A DNA stretch of 64,000 nt from assembly GCF_044647545.1 (NCBI RefSeq), contig NZ_CP172818.1. One strand, 5' to 3'. Position numbers and translations under genes: made by a program. Shown one piece after another: positions 54,343-64,000 of the stretch. The notes beneath the pieces were generated by a model, which was given only the letters and a program-made list of their open reading frames with translations, made no database searches and was not told the DNA's origin. Origin of the DNA: Escherichia coli. Lineage in GTDB: Bacteria; Pseudomonadota; Gammaproteobacteria; Enterobacterales; Enterobacteriaceae. Numbering within the stretch: position 1 is the first letter of the stretch; the number at the start of each line of letters is the position of its first letter.

Positions 54343-54888
54343 ATGGCGCTTAAAGCGACGATTTATAAAGCGACGGTTAATGTGGCCGATCTCGACCGCA
54401 ACCAGTTTCTCGATGCCTCTCTGACGCTGGCGCGCCATCCTTCAGAAACCCAGGAGCGCATGATGCTGCGCCTGCTGGCGTGGCTGAAATATGCTGATGA
54501 ACGTCTGCAATTTACCCGAGGTTTGTGTGCCGATGATGAGCCGGAAGCGTGGCTGCGTAACGATCACCTGGGCATTGATTTATGGATTGAACTGGGGCTG
54601 CCGGATGAGCGACGGATTAAGAAAGCCTGCACTCAGGCCGCAGAAGTGGCGCTGTTTGCCTATAATAGTCGGGCGGCGCAAATCTGGTGGCAGCAAAATC
54701 AGAGCAAATGTGCGCAGTTTGCCAATCTTTCCGTCTGGTATCTGGACGATGAACAACTGGCGAAAGTGAGCGCCTTTGCCGATCGTACCATGACGCTGCA
54801 GGCAACGATTCAGGATGGTGTTATCTGGTTATCGGATGATAAGAATAATCTGGAAGTGAACTTAACCGTCTGGCAACAACCTTCATGA
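54343..54888 (+). CDS. yaeQ: YaeQ family protein (181 aa)
   Basis: [60 protein letters not shown]. Confidence 0.88.
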   Translation: MALKATIYKATVNVADLDRNQFLDASLTLARHPSETQERMMLRLLAWLKYADERLQFTRGLCADDEPEAWLRNDHLGIDLWIELGLPDERRIKKACTQAAEVALFAYNSRAAQIWWQQNQSKCAQFANLSVWYLDDEQLAKVSAFADRTMTLQATIQDGVIWLSDDKNNLEVNLTVWQQPS

Positions 54889-55307
54889 TTGTGATTTCCC
54901 GACATGTTGCTATCCCTGATGGCGAGTTTGAGATCACCGCCATTCGTGCGCAGGGCGCGGGCGGGCAGCATGTTAATAAGACCTCAACGGCTATTCATCT
55001 GCGTTTTGACATTCGGGCGTCCAGCCTGCCAGAGTATTACAAAGAGCGTCTGCTCGCCGCCAGCCATCATTTGATCAGCAGTGACGGAGTGATTGTCATT
55101 AAGGCACAGGAATACCGCAGTCAGGAACTGAACCGCGAAGCGGCGCTGGCCCGGCTGGTGGCAGTGATTAAAGATTTAACAACAGAACAAAAAGCCCGAC
55201 GACCTACGCGGCCCACCCGTGCATCGAAAGAGCGCAGGCTGGCATCGAAAGCACAAAAATCAAGCGTGAAGGCGATGCGCGGCAAAGTGCGCAGCGGTCG
55301 GGAATAA
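54885..55307 (+). CDS. arfB: peptidyl-tRNA hydrolase ArfB (alternative ribosome-rescue factor B), 140 aa
   Basis: [41 protein letters not shown] (GGQ motif), basic C-terminal tail. Confidence 0.92.
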   Translation: MIVISRHVAIPDGEFEITAIRAQGAGGQHVNKTSTAIHLRFDIRASSLPEYYKERLLAASHHLISSDGVIVIKAQEYRSQELNREAALARLVAVIKDLTTEQKARRPTRPTRASKERRLASKAQKSSVKAMRGKVRSGRE

Positions 55308-55320
55308 AAAGAAGGAATGG

Positions 55321-56031
55321 ATGGTGAAAAAAGCGATAGTGACAGCGATGGCTGTAATCAGCCTCTTTACTCTGATGGGATGTAATAATCGGGCCGAAGT
55401 CGATACGCTTTCTCCGGCACAGGCTGCCGAACTGAAACCGATGCCGCAAAGTTGGCGCGGCGTGCTGCCGTGTGCTGATTGCGAAGGAATCGAAACCTCT
55501 CTGTTCCTCGAAAAAGACGGAACCTGGGTGATGAATGAGCGTTATCTGGGGGCTCGTGAAGAACCTTCCTCCTTCGCTTCCTACGGTACATGGGCGCGAA
55601 CCGCTGACAAGCTGGTATTAACCGATAGCAAAGGTGAAAAGTCATATTATCGCGCGAAAGGAGATGCGCTGGAGATGCTCGATCGTGAAGGTAATCCGAT
55701 TGAATCGCAGTTCAACTATACGCTGGAACCGGCACAATCCAGCTTACCCATGACACCGATGACCCTGCGGGGCATGTATTTTTATATGGCTGATGCGGCG
55801 ACCTTCACTGATTGCGCGACCGGAAAACGTTTCATGGTGGCGAATAACGCAGAGCTGGAGCGTGGCTACCTGGCTGCGCGCGGTAACAGTGAAAAACCGG
55901 TGTTACTGTCAGTAGAAGGTCACTTTACGCTTGAGGCTAATCCGGATACCGGTGCGCCGACCAAAGTATTAGCGCCCGATACGGCAGGTAAATTTTACCC
56001 AAACCATGATTGCAGTAGTTTGGGGCTGTAA
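55321..56031 (+). CDS. nlpE: outer-membrane lipoprotein NlpE (Cpx envelope-stress sensor), 236 aa
   Basis: MVKKAIVTAMAVISLFTLMGCNN (lipobox LMGC), CxxC motif PCADCEG. Confidence 0.92.
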   Translation: MVKKAIVTAMAVISLFTLMGCNNRAEVDTLSPAQAAELKPMPQSWRGVLPCADCEGIETSLFLEKDGTWVMNERYLGAREEPSSFASYGTWARTADKLVLTDSKGEKSYYRAKGDALEMLDREGNPIESQFNYTLEPAQSSLPMTPMTLRGMYFYMADAATFTDCATGKRFMVANNAELERGYLAARGNSEKPVLLSVEGHFTLEANPDTGAPTKVLAPDTAGKFYPNHDCSSLGL

Positions 56032-56061
56032 CCCGTCTTGAGACAGAAACAAATGAAATAT

Positions 56062-56162
56062 TGCCTCATGCGCTGCGCTTATCAGGCCTAAAGCATACAA
56101 TGCAATATTTTGAATTAGCACAATTTTGTAGGCCGGATAAGGCGTTCACGCCGCATCCGGCA
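56062..56162. repeat. BIME: two palindromic units (REP) between convergent nlpE and yaeF
   Basis: tgcctcatgcgctgcgcttatcaggcctaaag ... gtaggccggataaggcgttcacgccgcatccggca. Confidence 0.8.
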
Positions 56163-56186
56163 TTTTGCGCACGAGGCTGGCTTTTA

Positions 56187-57011
56187 TCACTGAGTCAGCC
56201 CAACAAAGCGGCCTGCCTTGATATAAATCCCAGGCTTCATGTGCCCAACATACTGTAACTGCGTTTCTGGCTTAAACGCAGAGATATCGCCAGTACGCAT
56301 ATGCATCAGATCGGCAGGGCTAATCCAGCCTGATTGCGCCAGCGTAAGCGGATGCCCGGCTTTGGCAAATGCATCAGTGACAAATTCCGAACAAAACCAC
56401 GACTTTTTGTCTCCTTCGCCAACGTTACTTAACTGTGCTTTCGCCAGGCCGCTGACGCACTGTTGACGAAAATCCTCGGAGAATGGATTTAGTGAGCACA
56501 TCTGGCGAGTCACCATAAATGGAATAAATTCGACAATGCCGCGATAGTTGTAACCGCTATCTTTAATTTTGTTGGCGAACGCGGTGATTTCTGTGGCTTG
56601 TTGCGGGGTAAGATCCGGGACTCGTAAGACGAAAAGCTTATCACTATGCTTTATGGCTTTTTTAAGGGAAACAATCTGGACGCCAGCGCCTGTCGCTTCG
56701 GCAACGTTGTTATCTCCCAAATAGATTGCAACGTGACTCACAGAGGAAGTGCTGAATACGCGGATACCAAATGAGGTTACCCCAAGGCTTGAGGAGAAAA
56801 GCAAATCGCCGGGTTTGAGATCTGGTTCCGTTATTTCTTTTATTGATTGTTCGGTGAAAGAGCTTTGATGCTGGAATTTAACAGCCCATGTTTTCGCCTC
56901 GGCATTTACCACTGTGGCTGATGAGTCTGGCTGGCTGATATCAACGGTACAGGCCGAAAGTACAAGAAAGCAGGGGAGAAGCAGGCGGCAGTACGCCTTT
57001 GGTTTATCCAT
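56187..57011 (-). CDS. yaeF: NlpC/P60-family (permuted papain-fold) lipoprotein YaeF, 274 aa
   Basis: MDKPKAYCRLLLPCFLVLSACTVDISQPD...; start chosen at the internal Met of the 277-aa ORF. Confidence 0.82.
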   Translation of the reverse strand: MDKPKAYCRLLLPCFLVLSACTVDISQPDSSATVVNAEAKTWAVKFQHQSSFTEQSIKEITEPDLKPGDLLFSSSLGVTSFGIRVFSTSSVSHVAIYLGDNNVAEATGAGVQIVSLKKAIKHSDKLFVLRVPDLTPQQATEITAFANKIKDSGYNYRGIVEFIPFMVTRQMCSLNPFSEDFRQQCVSGLAKAQLSNVGEGDKKSWFCSEFVTDAFAKAGHPLTLAQSGWISPADLMHMRTGDISAFKPETQLQYVGHMKPGIYIKAGRFVGLTQ

Positions 57012-57063
57012 TTTATACAATCCATGTAAAAAAGGGCCCCGAAATTCAGGACCCTTTCTGGCA

Positions 57064-58782
57064 TCAGCCTTTAATCTGTTTCACCAGATAATCGACGATG
57101 TCACCAGTCTTAATTAACTGTTTCTCGCCGTTACGACGATATTTATATTCGATATCATCGTTGTCGAGGTTACGGTCGCCCAGCACAATAGTGTGCGGAA
57201 TACCGATCAGTTCCATATCAGCAAACATCACGCCCGGACGCTCTTTGCGGTCATCCAGCAGCACTTCGATACCTTGTGCGCGCAGTTCGCTGTACAGTTT
57301 CTCAGCAAGTTCCTGTACGCGGAAGGATTTGTGCATGTTCATTGGCAGAATCGCCACCTGGAACGGCGCGATAGCGTCAGGCCATACGATGCCGCGTTCG
57401 TCGTAGTTCTGCTCAATCGCCGCTGCTACCACACGCGTTACACCGATACCGTAGCAACCCATCGTCAGGATTTGGTTACGGCCATCTTCACCCTGTACGG
57501 AGGCTTTCAGTGCTTCGGAGTACTTGGTACCCAGCTGGAAGATGTGACCGACTTCGATACCACGTTTGATCAGCAGCGTACCCTGACCATCCGGGCTTGG
57601 ATCGCCAGCCACCACGTTGCGGATATCAGCAATTTCCGGGGTAGCGACATCGCGATCCCAGTTGATACCGAAGTAGTGTTTACCATCAATGTTAGCACCA
57701 GCAGCAAAATCACTCATCGCAGCAACGGTACGGTCAATCACCACCGGAATCGGCATGTTTACCGGACCCAGTGAACCCGGACCGGCTTTAACCACGGCAC
57801 GAATTTCTTCTTCAGTCGCAAAAGTCAGCGGGCTTGCAACCTGCGGCAGTTTTTCTGCTTTAACTTCGTTCAGCTCGTGGTCACCGCGCACCAGCAGCGC
57901 AACCAGCGGGAAGCTACTGCCTTCAACGGCTTTAACCAGCAGAGTCTTCACCGTTTTCTCAATCGGCAGATTGAACTGTTCAACCAGTTCCGCGATGGTT
58001 TTCGCGTTCGGCGTATCAATCAGCGTCATTTCCTGGGTAGCAGCAGCGCGCGGTTCTTTCGGCGCGATAGCTTCTGCCAGCTCAATGTTCGCTGCATAGT
58101 CAGAGGTGTCGGAGAAGACCACATCGTCTTCACCGCTCTGCGCCAGCACCTGGAATTCATGAGAGGCGCTACCGCCGATAGAACCAGTGTCGGCCTGTAC
58201 GGCGCGGAAATCCAGCCCCATGCGGCTGAAGATTTTGCTGTAGGCCGCATACATTGCATCGTAGGTTTCCTGCAGGGATTCCTGAGAAGTATGGAAAGAG
58301 TAAGCATCTTTCATCAGGAATTCGCGGGAACGCATGACGCCGAAACGCGGACGCACTTCGTCGCGGAACTTGGTCTGGATCTGATAGAAGTTCAGCGGCA
58401 GCTGTTTGTAAGAGCTCAGCTCGTTACGAATCAGGTCAGTGATAACTTCTTCATGAGTTGGGCCGAGTACGAACGGACGGTCACCACGGTCAGCAATACG
58501 CAGCAATTCCGGGCCATACTGTTCCCAACGACCACTCTCTTGCCACAGTTCAGATGGCTGAACCACCGGCATTAACACCTCGATCGCACCGGCGTTGTTC
58601 ATCTCTTCACGCACGATGTTTTCGACTTTTTTCAGAACGCGCACGCCGGTCGGCAGCCAGGTATATAACCCGGAGGCCAGCTTGCGGATCATCCCGGCGC
58701 GCAGCATCAGCTGATGGCTGATCACCTCGGCGTCGGCAGGTGTCTCCTTGAGAGTGGAGAGCAGGTATTGGCTAGTACGCAT
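57064..58782 (-). CDS. proS: prolyl-tRNA synthetase (572 aa)
   Basis: [62 protein letters not shown]; class II aaRS motifs; track ORF extends 18 codons upstream. Confidence 0.95.
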   Translation of the reverse strand: MRTSQYLLSTLKETPADAEVISHQLMLRAGMIRKLASGLYTWLPTGVRVLKKVENIVREEMNNAGAIEVLMPVVQPSELWQESGRWEQYGPELLRIADRGDRPFVLGPTHEEVITDLIRNELSSYKQLPLNFYQIQTKFRDEVRPRFGVMRSREFLMKDAYSFHTSQESLQETYDAMYAAYSKIFSRMGLDFRAVQADTGSIGGSASHEFQVLAQSGEDDVVFSDTSDYAANIELAEAIAPKEPRAAATQEMTLIDTPNAKTIAELVEQFNLPIEKTVKTLLVKAVEGSSFPLVALLVRGDHELNEVKAEKLPQVASPLTFATEEEIRAVVKAGPGSLGPVNMPIPVVIDRTVAAMSDFAAGANIDGKHYFGINWDRDVATPEIADIRNVVAGDPSPDGQGTLLIKRGIEVGHIFQLGTKYSEALKASVQGEDGRNQILTMGCYGIGVTRVVAAAIEQNYDERGIVWPDAIAPFQVAILPMNMHKSFRVQELAEKLYSELRAQGIEVLLDDRKERPGVMFADMELIGIPHTIVLGDRNLDNDDIEYKYRRNGEKQLIKTGDIVDYLVKQIKG

Positions 58783-58892
58783 GTTGTTACGGTTCCAGTT
58801 GGAAGGTAGAACAGGCTCAAGGCGAGCCTGGGACAAAAAAAGTGATTTAGTTTACCAGTGCAAAAGAAATGTCAAAAGAGAAGGGCGTGAAT

Positions 58893-59600
58893 TTAACGCG
58901 GTTCCAGCGCAAAGACTTCAAAACCTGCGTCGGTGACGCGCCAGCGAACATTAAAATCATGCAGCCAGACGGCATAGGTTTTGCCCGTTTCCTCACCTTT
59001 ACGATAGGCCGGGCGCGGGTCCTGCGCCAGTACTTCGCGGATAAACAGCGTTAACTGCGGATAACGCTTCTCCAGCGTCAAAAGCTGCTTTTCGACCTCT
59101 GCGGTAAAACACACCGCCATTTCTGCCGCTGGCGCACTTTGCGCATAGCTGGCACTGGCATCGGGAAGCGATTCGGCAAAGGGGAGATACGGTTTGATAT
59201 CCACTACCGGCGTACCATCGACCAGATCCAGACTGCCGAGCTTCAGAATCACGCTGTCTTTATGGCAAACAACCTCTTTCAGCTCTACCAGCGACATACC
59301 AATTGGGTTAGGGCGAAAAGTGGAGCGCGTAGCGAAAACACCCATTCTGGCATTACCGCCAAGACGAGGCGGACGCACAGTCGGACGCCAGCCGCCTTCC
59401 ATCGTTTGATGAAAGACGAAAAGGATCCATAAATGGCTGAATGCTTCCAGGCCGCGAACGGCGTCGGCCTGGTTGTAGGGTGCAATGAGATGTAGTTCGC
59501 CGTTGGCGCTTTTTACCAGACCTGGCTGGCGCGGAACGGCGAATTTTTCTTTATAGGGCGAGCGAATAACGCCTATTTGCTCGAACTGGAAACTGCTCAT
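58893..59600 (-). CDS. tsaA: tRNA (adenine37-N6)-methyltransferase TsaA/YaeB (235 aa)
   Basis: MSSFQFEQIGVIRSPYKEKFAVPRQPGLVKSANGELHLIAPYNQADAVRGLEAFSHLWILFVFH. Confidence 0.9.
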   Translation of the reverse strand: MSSFQFEQIGVIRSPYKEKFAVPRQPGLVKSANGELHLIAPYNQADAVRGLEAFSHLWILFVFHQTMEGGWRPTVRPPRLGGNARMGVFATRSTFRPNPIGMSLVELKEVVCHKDSVILKLGSLDLVDGTPVVDIKPYLPFAESLPDASASYAQSAPAAEMAVCFTAEVEKQLLTLEKRYPQLTLFIREVLAQDPRPAYRKGEETGKTYAVWLHDFNVRWRVTDAGFEVFALEPR

Positions 59601-60001
59601 TTCGCCGTGATGTTAAGCGCAGAACCGATACATACAGCCTGACGATAGCAGCCTGGCGTACCGCTGGTGACTTCGCAGCTATGCAGTAATACCGCATTGG
59701 CTTTCATTTTCGAGGCGTTGATTTGCATCCGCTTACGTGCGGTTGGAATGCTCGGCGGAGAGTCCTGATTAGAGGCCTGGCAAGAGTCGCCACTGACTTC
59801 ACCGAGATCGCGGAACGGTTTGCCGACTAATTCTTCTGCATTGGTATAAATTCGGACCGGCGTGGCGCGCGGCGCTTTCGGTTTTGCAGGCTCCGCTTTC
59901 GGCTGGGGTGCAGTGCTTTGAACGGGTTCGACAGGGGATCTGCTTAACATGGAACAGCCGCTTAGCATGAGTGCTACTAAACAGATCGGTAAAGCACGCA
60001 T
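59597..60001 (-). CDS. rcsF: outer-membrane lipoprotein RcsF (Rcs phosphorelay sensor), 134 aa
   Basis: MRALPICLVALMLSGCSMLSRSP (lipobox LSGC), Pro-rich linker, four Cys in C-terminal domain; 4-bp overlap with tsaA. Confidence 0.92.
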   Translation of the reverse strand: MRALPICLVALMLSGCSMLSRSPVEPVQSTAPQPKAEPAKPKAPRATPVRIYTNAEELVGKPFRDLGEVSGDSCQASNQDSPPSIPTARKRMQINASKMKANAVLLHSCEVTSGTPGCYRQAVCIGSALNITAK

Positions 60002-60049
60002 AGTATTTCCTCAATGTATGATCAAAACGTCAATATTGAATCAGGCGCT

Positions 60050-60083
60050 TGTAAAAATGACAAGACGGGCAAGCGCCCGTCCT
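60050..60083 (-). terminator. rho-independent terminator of metNIQ operon
   Basis: minus-strand gacgggcgcttgcccgtc followed by ttgtcattttta. Confidence 0.6.
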
Positions 60084-60118
60084 GAATGATATTACAAATT
60101 GTGGAAACAGCCTAAATA

Positions 60119-60934
60119 TTACCAGCCTTTAACAGCGCCGCCGTTAAACACTTTGTTTGCTGCTTCGTAAACTTCGTCAGACTGATAAGCCTGAACGAAT
60201 TTCTTCACGTTTTCGGCGTCTTTGTTGTCTTCACGCGTTACGATCAGGTTTACGTACGGGGACTCTTTATCTTCGACAAAGATACCGTCTTTCGCTGGAG
60301 TCAGGCCAATCTGGCTGGCATAGGTGGTATTGATAACTGCCAGAGCGATTTGCGCGTCGTCCAGAGAGCGCGGCAGCTGCGGTGCTTCCAGTTCAACAAT
60401 TTTCAGATTTTTTGGGTTCTCAACAACATCAAGAACGGTCGGCAGCAGGCCAACGCCATCTTTCAGTTTGATCAAGCCCACTTTTTGCAGCAGCAGCAGT
60501 GAACGACCAAGGTTAGTTGGGTCGTTTGGCACGGCAACCTGCGAACCATCCTGCAGTTCATCCAGTGATTTGATTTTCTTGGAGTAACCTGCAATCGGAT
60601 AAACAAAAGTGTTGCCTACTGCGACCAGTTTGTAGCCACGATCTTTCAGTTGCTGATCAAGGTACGGTTTATGCTGGAAGGCGTTGGCGTCGATATCGCC
60701 TTTGCTCAATGCTTCGTTTGGCAGAACATAGTCGTTGAAGGTTACCAGCTCAACGTCCAGGCCATATTTGTCTTTCGCAACTTTCTGCGCGACTTCTGCA
60801 ACCTGCTGTTCGGCACCAACAATCACGCCGACTTTAATGTGGTTTGGATCTTTTTCATCCTGACCGCAGCCTACCAGTGCCAGTGATCCAATCAGGGCTC
60901 CCACTGCCGCAAAGGTTTTGAATTTGAACGCCAT
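60119..60934 (-). CDS. metQ: D/L-methionine ABC transporter substrate-binding lipoprotein (271 aa)
   Basis: MAFKFKTFAAVGALIGSLALVGCGQDEKDPNHIKVGVIVGAEQQVAEVAQKVAKDKYGLDVELVTFNDYV. Confidence 0.95.
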   Translation of the reverse strand: MAFKFKTFAAVGALIGSLALVGCGQDEKDPNHIKVGVIVGAEQQVAEVAQKVAKDKYGLDVELVTFNDYVLPNEALSKGDIDANAFQHKPYLDQQLKDRGYKLVAVGNTFVYPIAGYSKKIKSLDELQDGSQVAVPNDPTNLGRSLLLLQKVGLIKLKDGVGLLPTVLDVVENPKNLKIVELEAPQLPRSLDDAQIALAVINTTYASQIGLTPAKDGIFVEDKESPYVNLIVTREDNKDAENVKKFVQAYQSDEVYEAANKVFNGGAVKGW

Positions 60935-60973
60935 ACCTTATTCCTTCTTCAATTATTTATGTTGTGTTGAACG

Positions 60974-61627
60974 TTACTTGCGAGTGACAGCCCGGACGAT
61001 GCGGTCGCCTGCGAACTGAATTAAATAAACCAGAATGACCAGCAATACCAGTACCGTATTCATCACCGTCGCGTTGTAGCCGATGTAGCCATACTGATAG
61101 CCAATCTGACCTAAACCACCGGCACCGACTGCACCACCCATCGCGGAATAACCGACCAGGGTAATCAGGGTGATAGTCGCAGCATTCACCAGACCCGGCA
61201 ATGCTTCCGGTAACAGCACTTTACGGACGATCTGCATCGGCGTGGCACCCATTGCGCGGGAAGCTTCAATTAACCCGGTTGGGATCTCCAGCAGAGCGTT
61301 CTCGACCATACGGGCAATAAACGGTGCTGCACCAACGGTTAACGGAACAATCGCTGCCTGCAAACCAATCGATGTACCGACAATAACTCGGGTAAACGGA
61401 ATCATCCATACCAGCAAGATAATGAACGGGATAGAACGGAAAATGTTCACAATCGCAGAAACGGTACGATACAGCTTCGCGTTAGCAATAATTTGCCCCG
61501 GACGCGTGACATAAAGCAGGACGCCAACCGGCAGACCAATCACAAACCCAAAAAATCCGGATACGAAGGTCATTGCCAGCGTTTCCCATACGCCACGAAC
61601 CAGCAGCCACATCATCGGCTCAGACAT
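60974..61627 (-). CDS. metI: D/L-methionine ABC transporter permease (217 aa)
   Basis: [78 protein letters not shown]. Confidence 0.95.
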   Translation of the reverse strand: MSEPMMWLLVRGVWETLAMTFVSGFFGFVIGLPVGVLLYVTRPGQIIANAKLYRTVSAIVNIFRSIPFIILLVWMIPFTRVIVGTSIGLQAAIVPLTVGAAPFIARMVENALLEIPTGLIEASRAMGATPMQIVRKVLLPEALPGLVNAATITLITLVGYSAMGGAVGAGGLGQIGYQYGYIGYNATVMNTVLVLLVILVYLIQFAGDRIVRAVTRK

Positions 61628-62651
61628 AACCCAGTACCTCTACTTTTACATGGTGTTCCTGCAGCCAGGCAATGGCGGCTTGCGTATCTTGTTGTGTACC
61701 GTGCATTTCAGTCAGCATGATGCCGAACTTAACGCCACCGGCGTAATCCATCTGCGCACTAATAATGTTGTTGTTGACGTTGAAACGACGCGCGGTTTCA
61801 GAAAGCAGCGGGGCATCAACCGATTGACCGGTAAACTCCAGACGCAGCATTGGCACGCAGTCAGCGAATGGTTCCGCTTGCAGACGTTCTTGATAATCTT
61901 CCGGGATATCCAGATGCAGGGTCGACTGAATAAACTTCTGCGCCAGCGGCGTTTTCGGATGCGAGAACACTTCACTTACCGTGTCCTGCTCGATCAACTC
62001 GCCATTACTGATCACCGCCACGCAATCACAAATGCGCTTCACAACGTCCATTTCGTGGGTGATCAACAGAATCGTCAAACCCAGACGACGATTGATGTCT
62101 TTCAGCAGTTCGAGAATAGAACGTGTCGTTGCCGGGTCCAGCGCGCTGGTGGCTTCATCACACAGCAATACTTTGGGATTGCTGGCTAATGCACGGGCAA
62201 TCGCCACACGTTGTTTCTGCCCACCGGAAAGATTCGACGGGTAGCTATCATGCTTATCGCCAAGACCAACCAATGACAGCAATTCCGTCACGCGACGTTT
62301 GATCTCGTCTTTCGGTGTGTTGTCCAGCTCCAGCGGCAGAGCAACGTTGCCAAAAACAGTACGCGAAGAGAGCAGGTTAAAATGCTGGAAAATCATACCA
62401 ATCTGGCGACGAGCTTTGGTCAACTCGGATTCTGACAGCGTGGTCAGTTCCTGGCCATCGACCAGCACGCTACCCTCGGTTGGGCGCTCCAGCAGGTTTA
62501 CACAACGTATAAGCGTACTCTTACCCGCGCCTGAGGCACCGATAACGCCATAAATTTGTCCAGCTGGCACATGCAGGCTGACGTTGTTCAACGCCTGGAT
62601 GGTGCGGGTGCCCTGGTGGAACACTTTGGTGATATTCGAAAGTTTTATCAT
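61620..62651 (-). CDS. metN: D/L-methionine ABC transporter ATP-binding protein (343 aa)
   Basis: [62 protein letters not shown]; [15 protein letters not shown]; C-terminal NIL domain; overlaps metI start. Confidence 0.95.
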   Translation of the reverse strand: MIKLSNITKVFHQGTRTIQALNNVSLHVPAGQIYGVIGASGAGKSTLIRCVNLLERPTEGSVLVDGQELTTLSESELTKARRQIGMIFQHFNLLSSRTVFGNVALPLELDNTPKDEIKRRVTELLSLVGLGDKHDSYPSNLSGGQKQRVAIARALASNPKVLLCDEATSALDPATTRSILELLKDINRRLGLTILLITHEMDVVKRICDCVAVISNGELIEQDTVSEVFSHPKTPLAQKFIQSTLHLDIPEDYQERLQAEPFADCVPMLRLEFTGQSVDAPLLSETARRFNVNNNIISAQMDYAGGVKFGIMLTEMHGTQQDTQAAIAWLQEHHVKVEVLGYV

Positions 62652-62733
62652 TGATTATTTATTATCGTCATTAAGTTAGTCGTGGCATTTCGAATGCCTG
62701 GAACGGGCAACGCCGTCAATGAAATGGATGTTA

Positions 62734-62757
62734 AGGCATCCAGACGTCTAAATCAAT
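62734..62757. promoter_or_regulatory. MetJ operator (met boxes) upstream of metN
   Basis: aggcatcc-AGACGTCT-aaatcaat: one perfect 8-bp met box AGACGTCT flanked by degenerate tandem copies. Confidence 0.65.
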
Positions 62758-62838
62758 CAGGTTTATGCGAAGAGCACTTTCTTGCAGGTCGAAACATGCG
62801 ATACTAGCGTCACATGCCTTATTAAGGAGCTATAAAAG

Positions 62839-63411
62839 GTGGCGAAGAGCGTACCCGCAATTTTTCTTGACCGTGATGGCACCATTAATGTCGATCACGG
62901 CTATGTCCATGAGATCGACAACTTTGAATTTATCGACGGTGTTATTGACGCCATGCGCGAGCTAAAAAAAATGGGCTTTGCGCTGGTGGTAGTAACCAAC
63001 CAGTCTGGCATTGCTCGCGGTAAATTTACTGAAGCACAGTTTGAAACGCTGACCGAGTGGATGGACTGGTCGCTGGCGGACCGCGATGTCGATCTGGATG
63101 GTATCTATTATTGCCCGCATCATCCGCAGGGTAGTGTTGAAGAGTTTCGCCAGGTCTGCGACTGCCGCAAACCACATCCGGGGATGCTTTTATCGGCACG
63201 CGATTATTTGCATATTGATATGGCCGCTTCTTATATGGTGGGCGATAAATTAGAAGATATGCAGGCAGCGGCTGCGGCGAACGTGGGAACAAAAGTGCTG
63301 GTGCGTACGGGTAAACCTGTTACGCCTGAAGCAGAAAACGCGGCGGATTGGGTGTTAAATAGCCTGGCAGACCTGCCGCAAGCGATAAAAAAGCAGCAAA
63401 AACCGGCGTAA
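62839..63411 (+). CDS. gmhB: D-glycero-beta-D-manno-heptose-1,7-bisphosphate 7-phosphatase (190 aa), GTG start
   Basis: (V)[62 protein letters not shown] (HAD motif DRDGT). Confidence 0.93.
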   Translation: MAKSVPAIFLDRDGTINVDHGYVHEIDNFEFIDGVIDAMRELKKMGFALVVVTNQSGIARGKFTEAQFETLTEWMDWSLADRDVDLDGIYYCPHHPQGSVEEFRQVCDCRKPHPGMLLSARDYLHIDMAASYMVGDKLEDMQAAAAANVGTKVLVRTGKPVTPEAENAADWVLNSLADLPQAIKKQQKPA

Positions 63412-63454
63412 TGATTAAAAGATGAGCGGTTGAAATAAAAATGCATTTTTCCGC

Positions 63455-63482
63455 TTGTCTTCCTGAGCCGACTCCCTATAAT
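63455..63482 (+). promoter_or_regulatory. rRNA operon P1 promoter with upstream A/T-rich UP element
   Basis: TTGTCT (63455-63460) - 16 nt - TATAAT (63477-63482); upstream aaataaaaatgcattttt; near-identical to rrnB P1 core. Confidence 0.8.
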
Positions 63483-63564
63483 GCGCCTCCATCGACACGG
63501 CGGATGTGAATCACTTCACACAAACAGCCGGTTCGGTTGAAGAGAAAAATCCTGAAATTCAGGG

Positions 63565-63592
63565 TTGACTCTGAAAGAGGAAAGCGTAATAT
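63565..63592 (+). promoter_or_regulatory. rRNA operon P2 promoter
   Basis: TTGACT (63565-63570) - 16 nt - TAATAT (63587-63592). Confidence 0.7.
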
Positions 63593-63632
63593 ACGCCACC
63601 TCGCGACAGTGAACTGAAAGCCGCGTCGCAAC

Positions 63633-63645
63633 TGCTCTTTAACAA
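63633..63645 (+). promoter_or_regulatory. boxA antitermination element in rRNA leader
   Basis: tgctctttaacaa matches boxA consensus TGCTCTTTAACAA. Confidence 0.8.
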
Positions 63646-63776
63646 TTTATCAGACAATCTGTGTGGGCACTCGAAGATACGGATTCTTAACGTCGCAAGA
63701 CGAAAAATGAATACCAAGTCTCAAGAGTGAACACGTAATTCATTACGAAGTTTAATTCTTTGAGCATCAAACTTTT

Positions 63777-64000
63777 AAATTGAAGAGTTTGATCATGGCT
63801 CAGATTGAACGCTGGCGGCAGGCCTAACACATGCAAGTCGAACGGTAACAGGAATCAGCTTGCTGATTCGCTGACGAGTGGCGGACGGGTGAGTAATGTC
63901 TGGGAAACTGCCTGATGGAGGGGGATAACTACTGGAAACGGTAGCTAATACCGCATAACGTCGCAAGACCAAAGAGGGGGACCTTCGGGCCTCTTGCCAT
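63777..64000 (+). rRNA. rrsH: 16S ribosomal RNA, 5' 224 nt (continues beyond window)
   Basis: aaattgaagagtttgatcatggctcagattgaacgctggcggcaggcctaacacatgcaagtcgaacggtaacagga... canonical enterobacterial 16S 5' end; operon assigned as rrnH by position after gmhB. Confidence 0.95.

Noticed and set aside
58783-58892. Hairpin caggctcaaggcgagcctg followed by an A-run between proS and tsaA, considered as a terminator
   Set aside because: On the minus (coding) strand the T-run precedes rather than follows the stem, so it is not a canonical intrinsic terminator for tsaA; it more likely lies within the proS promoter region.

Overview
This window is a contiguous stretch of conserved Escherichia coli-type chromosome, collinear with the K-12 gluQ-dksA ... 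metNIQ-gmhB-rrnH region, and I find no novel or accessory system in it. It is densely packed with housekeeping genes: gluQ (partial), dksA, sfsA, thpR, hrpB, mrcB, the fhuACDB operon, hemL, clcA, erpA, yadS, btuF, mtn, dgt, degP, cdaR, yaeH, yaeI, dapD, glnD, map, rpsB-tsf, pyrH, frr, dxr, uppS, cdsA, rseP, bamA, skp, lpxD, fabZ, lpxA, lpxB, rnhB, dnaE, accA, ldcC, yaeR, tilS, rof, yaeP, yaeQ, arfB, nlpE, yaeF, proS, tsaA, rcsF, metQIN, gmhB and the 5' end of a 16S rRNA gene. Gene identities come from reading the translated ORFs against remembered E. coli protein sequences; no database search was run. There are no mobile elements, CRISPR arrays, phage or defence genes; the only repeats are short REP/BIME palindromes at gene junctions. 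The one real anomaly is fhuA: it is a divergent allele with a shortened surface-loop region, and its reading frame is broken by two compensating single-base frameshifts, so it is either a genuine pseudogene or carries two assembly errors. Everything else listed under findings is known regulatory architecture recorded for completeness.
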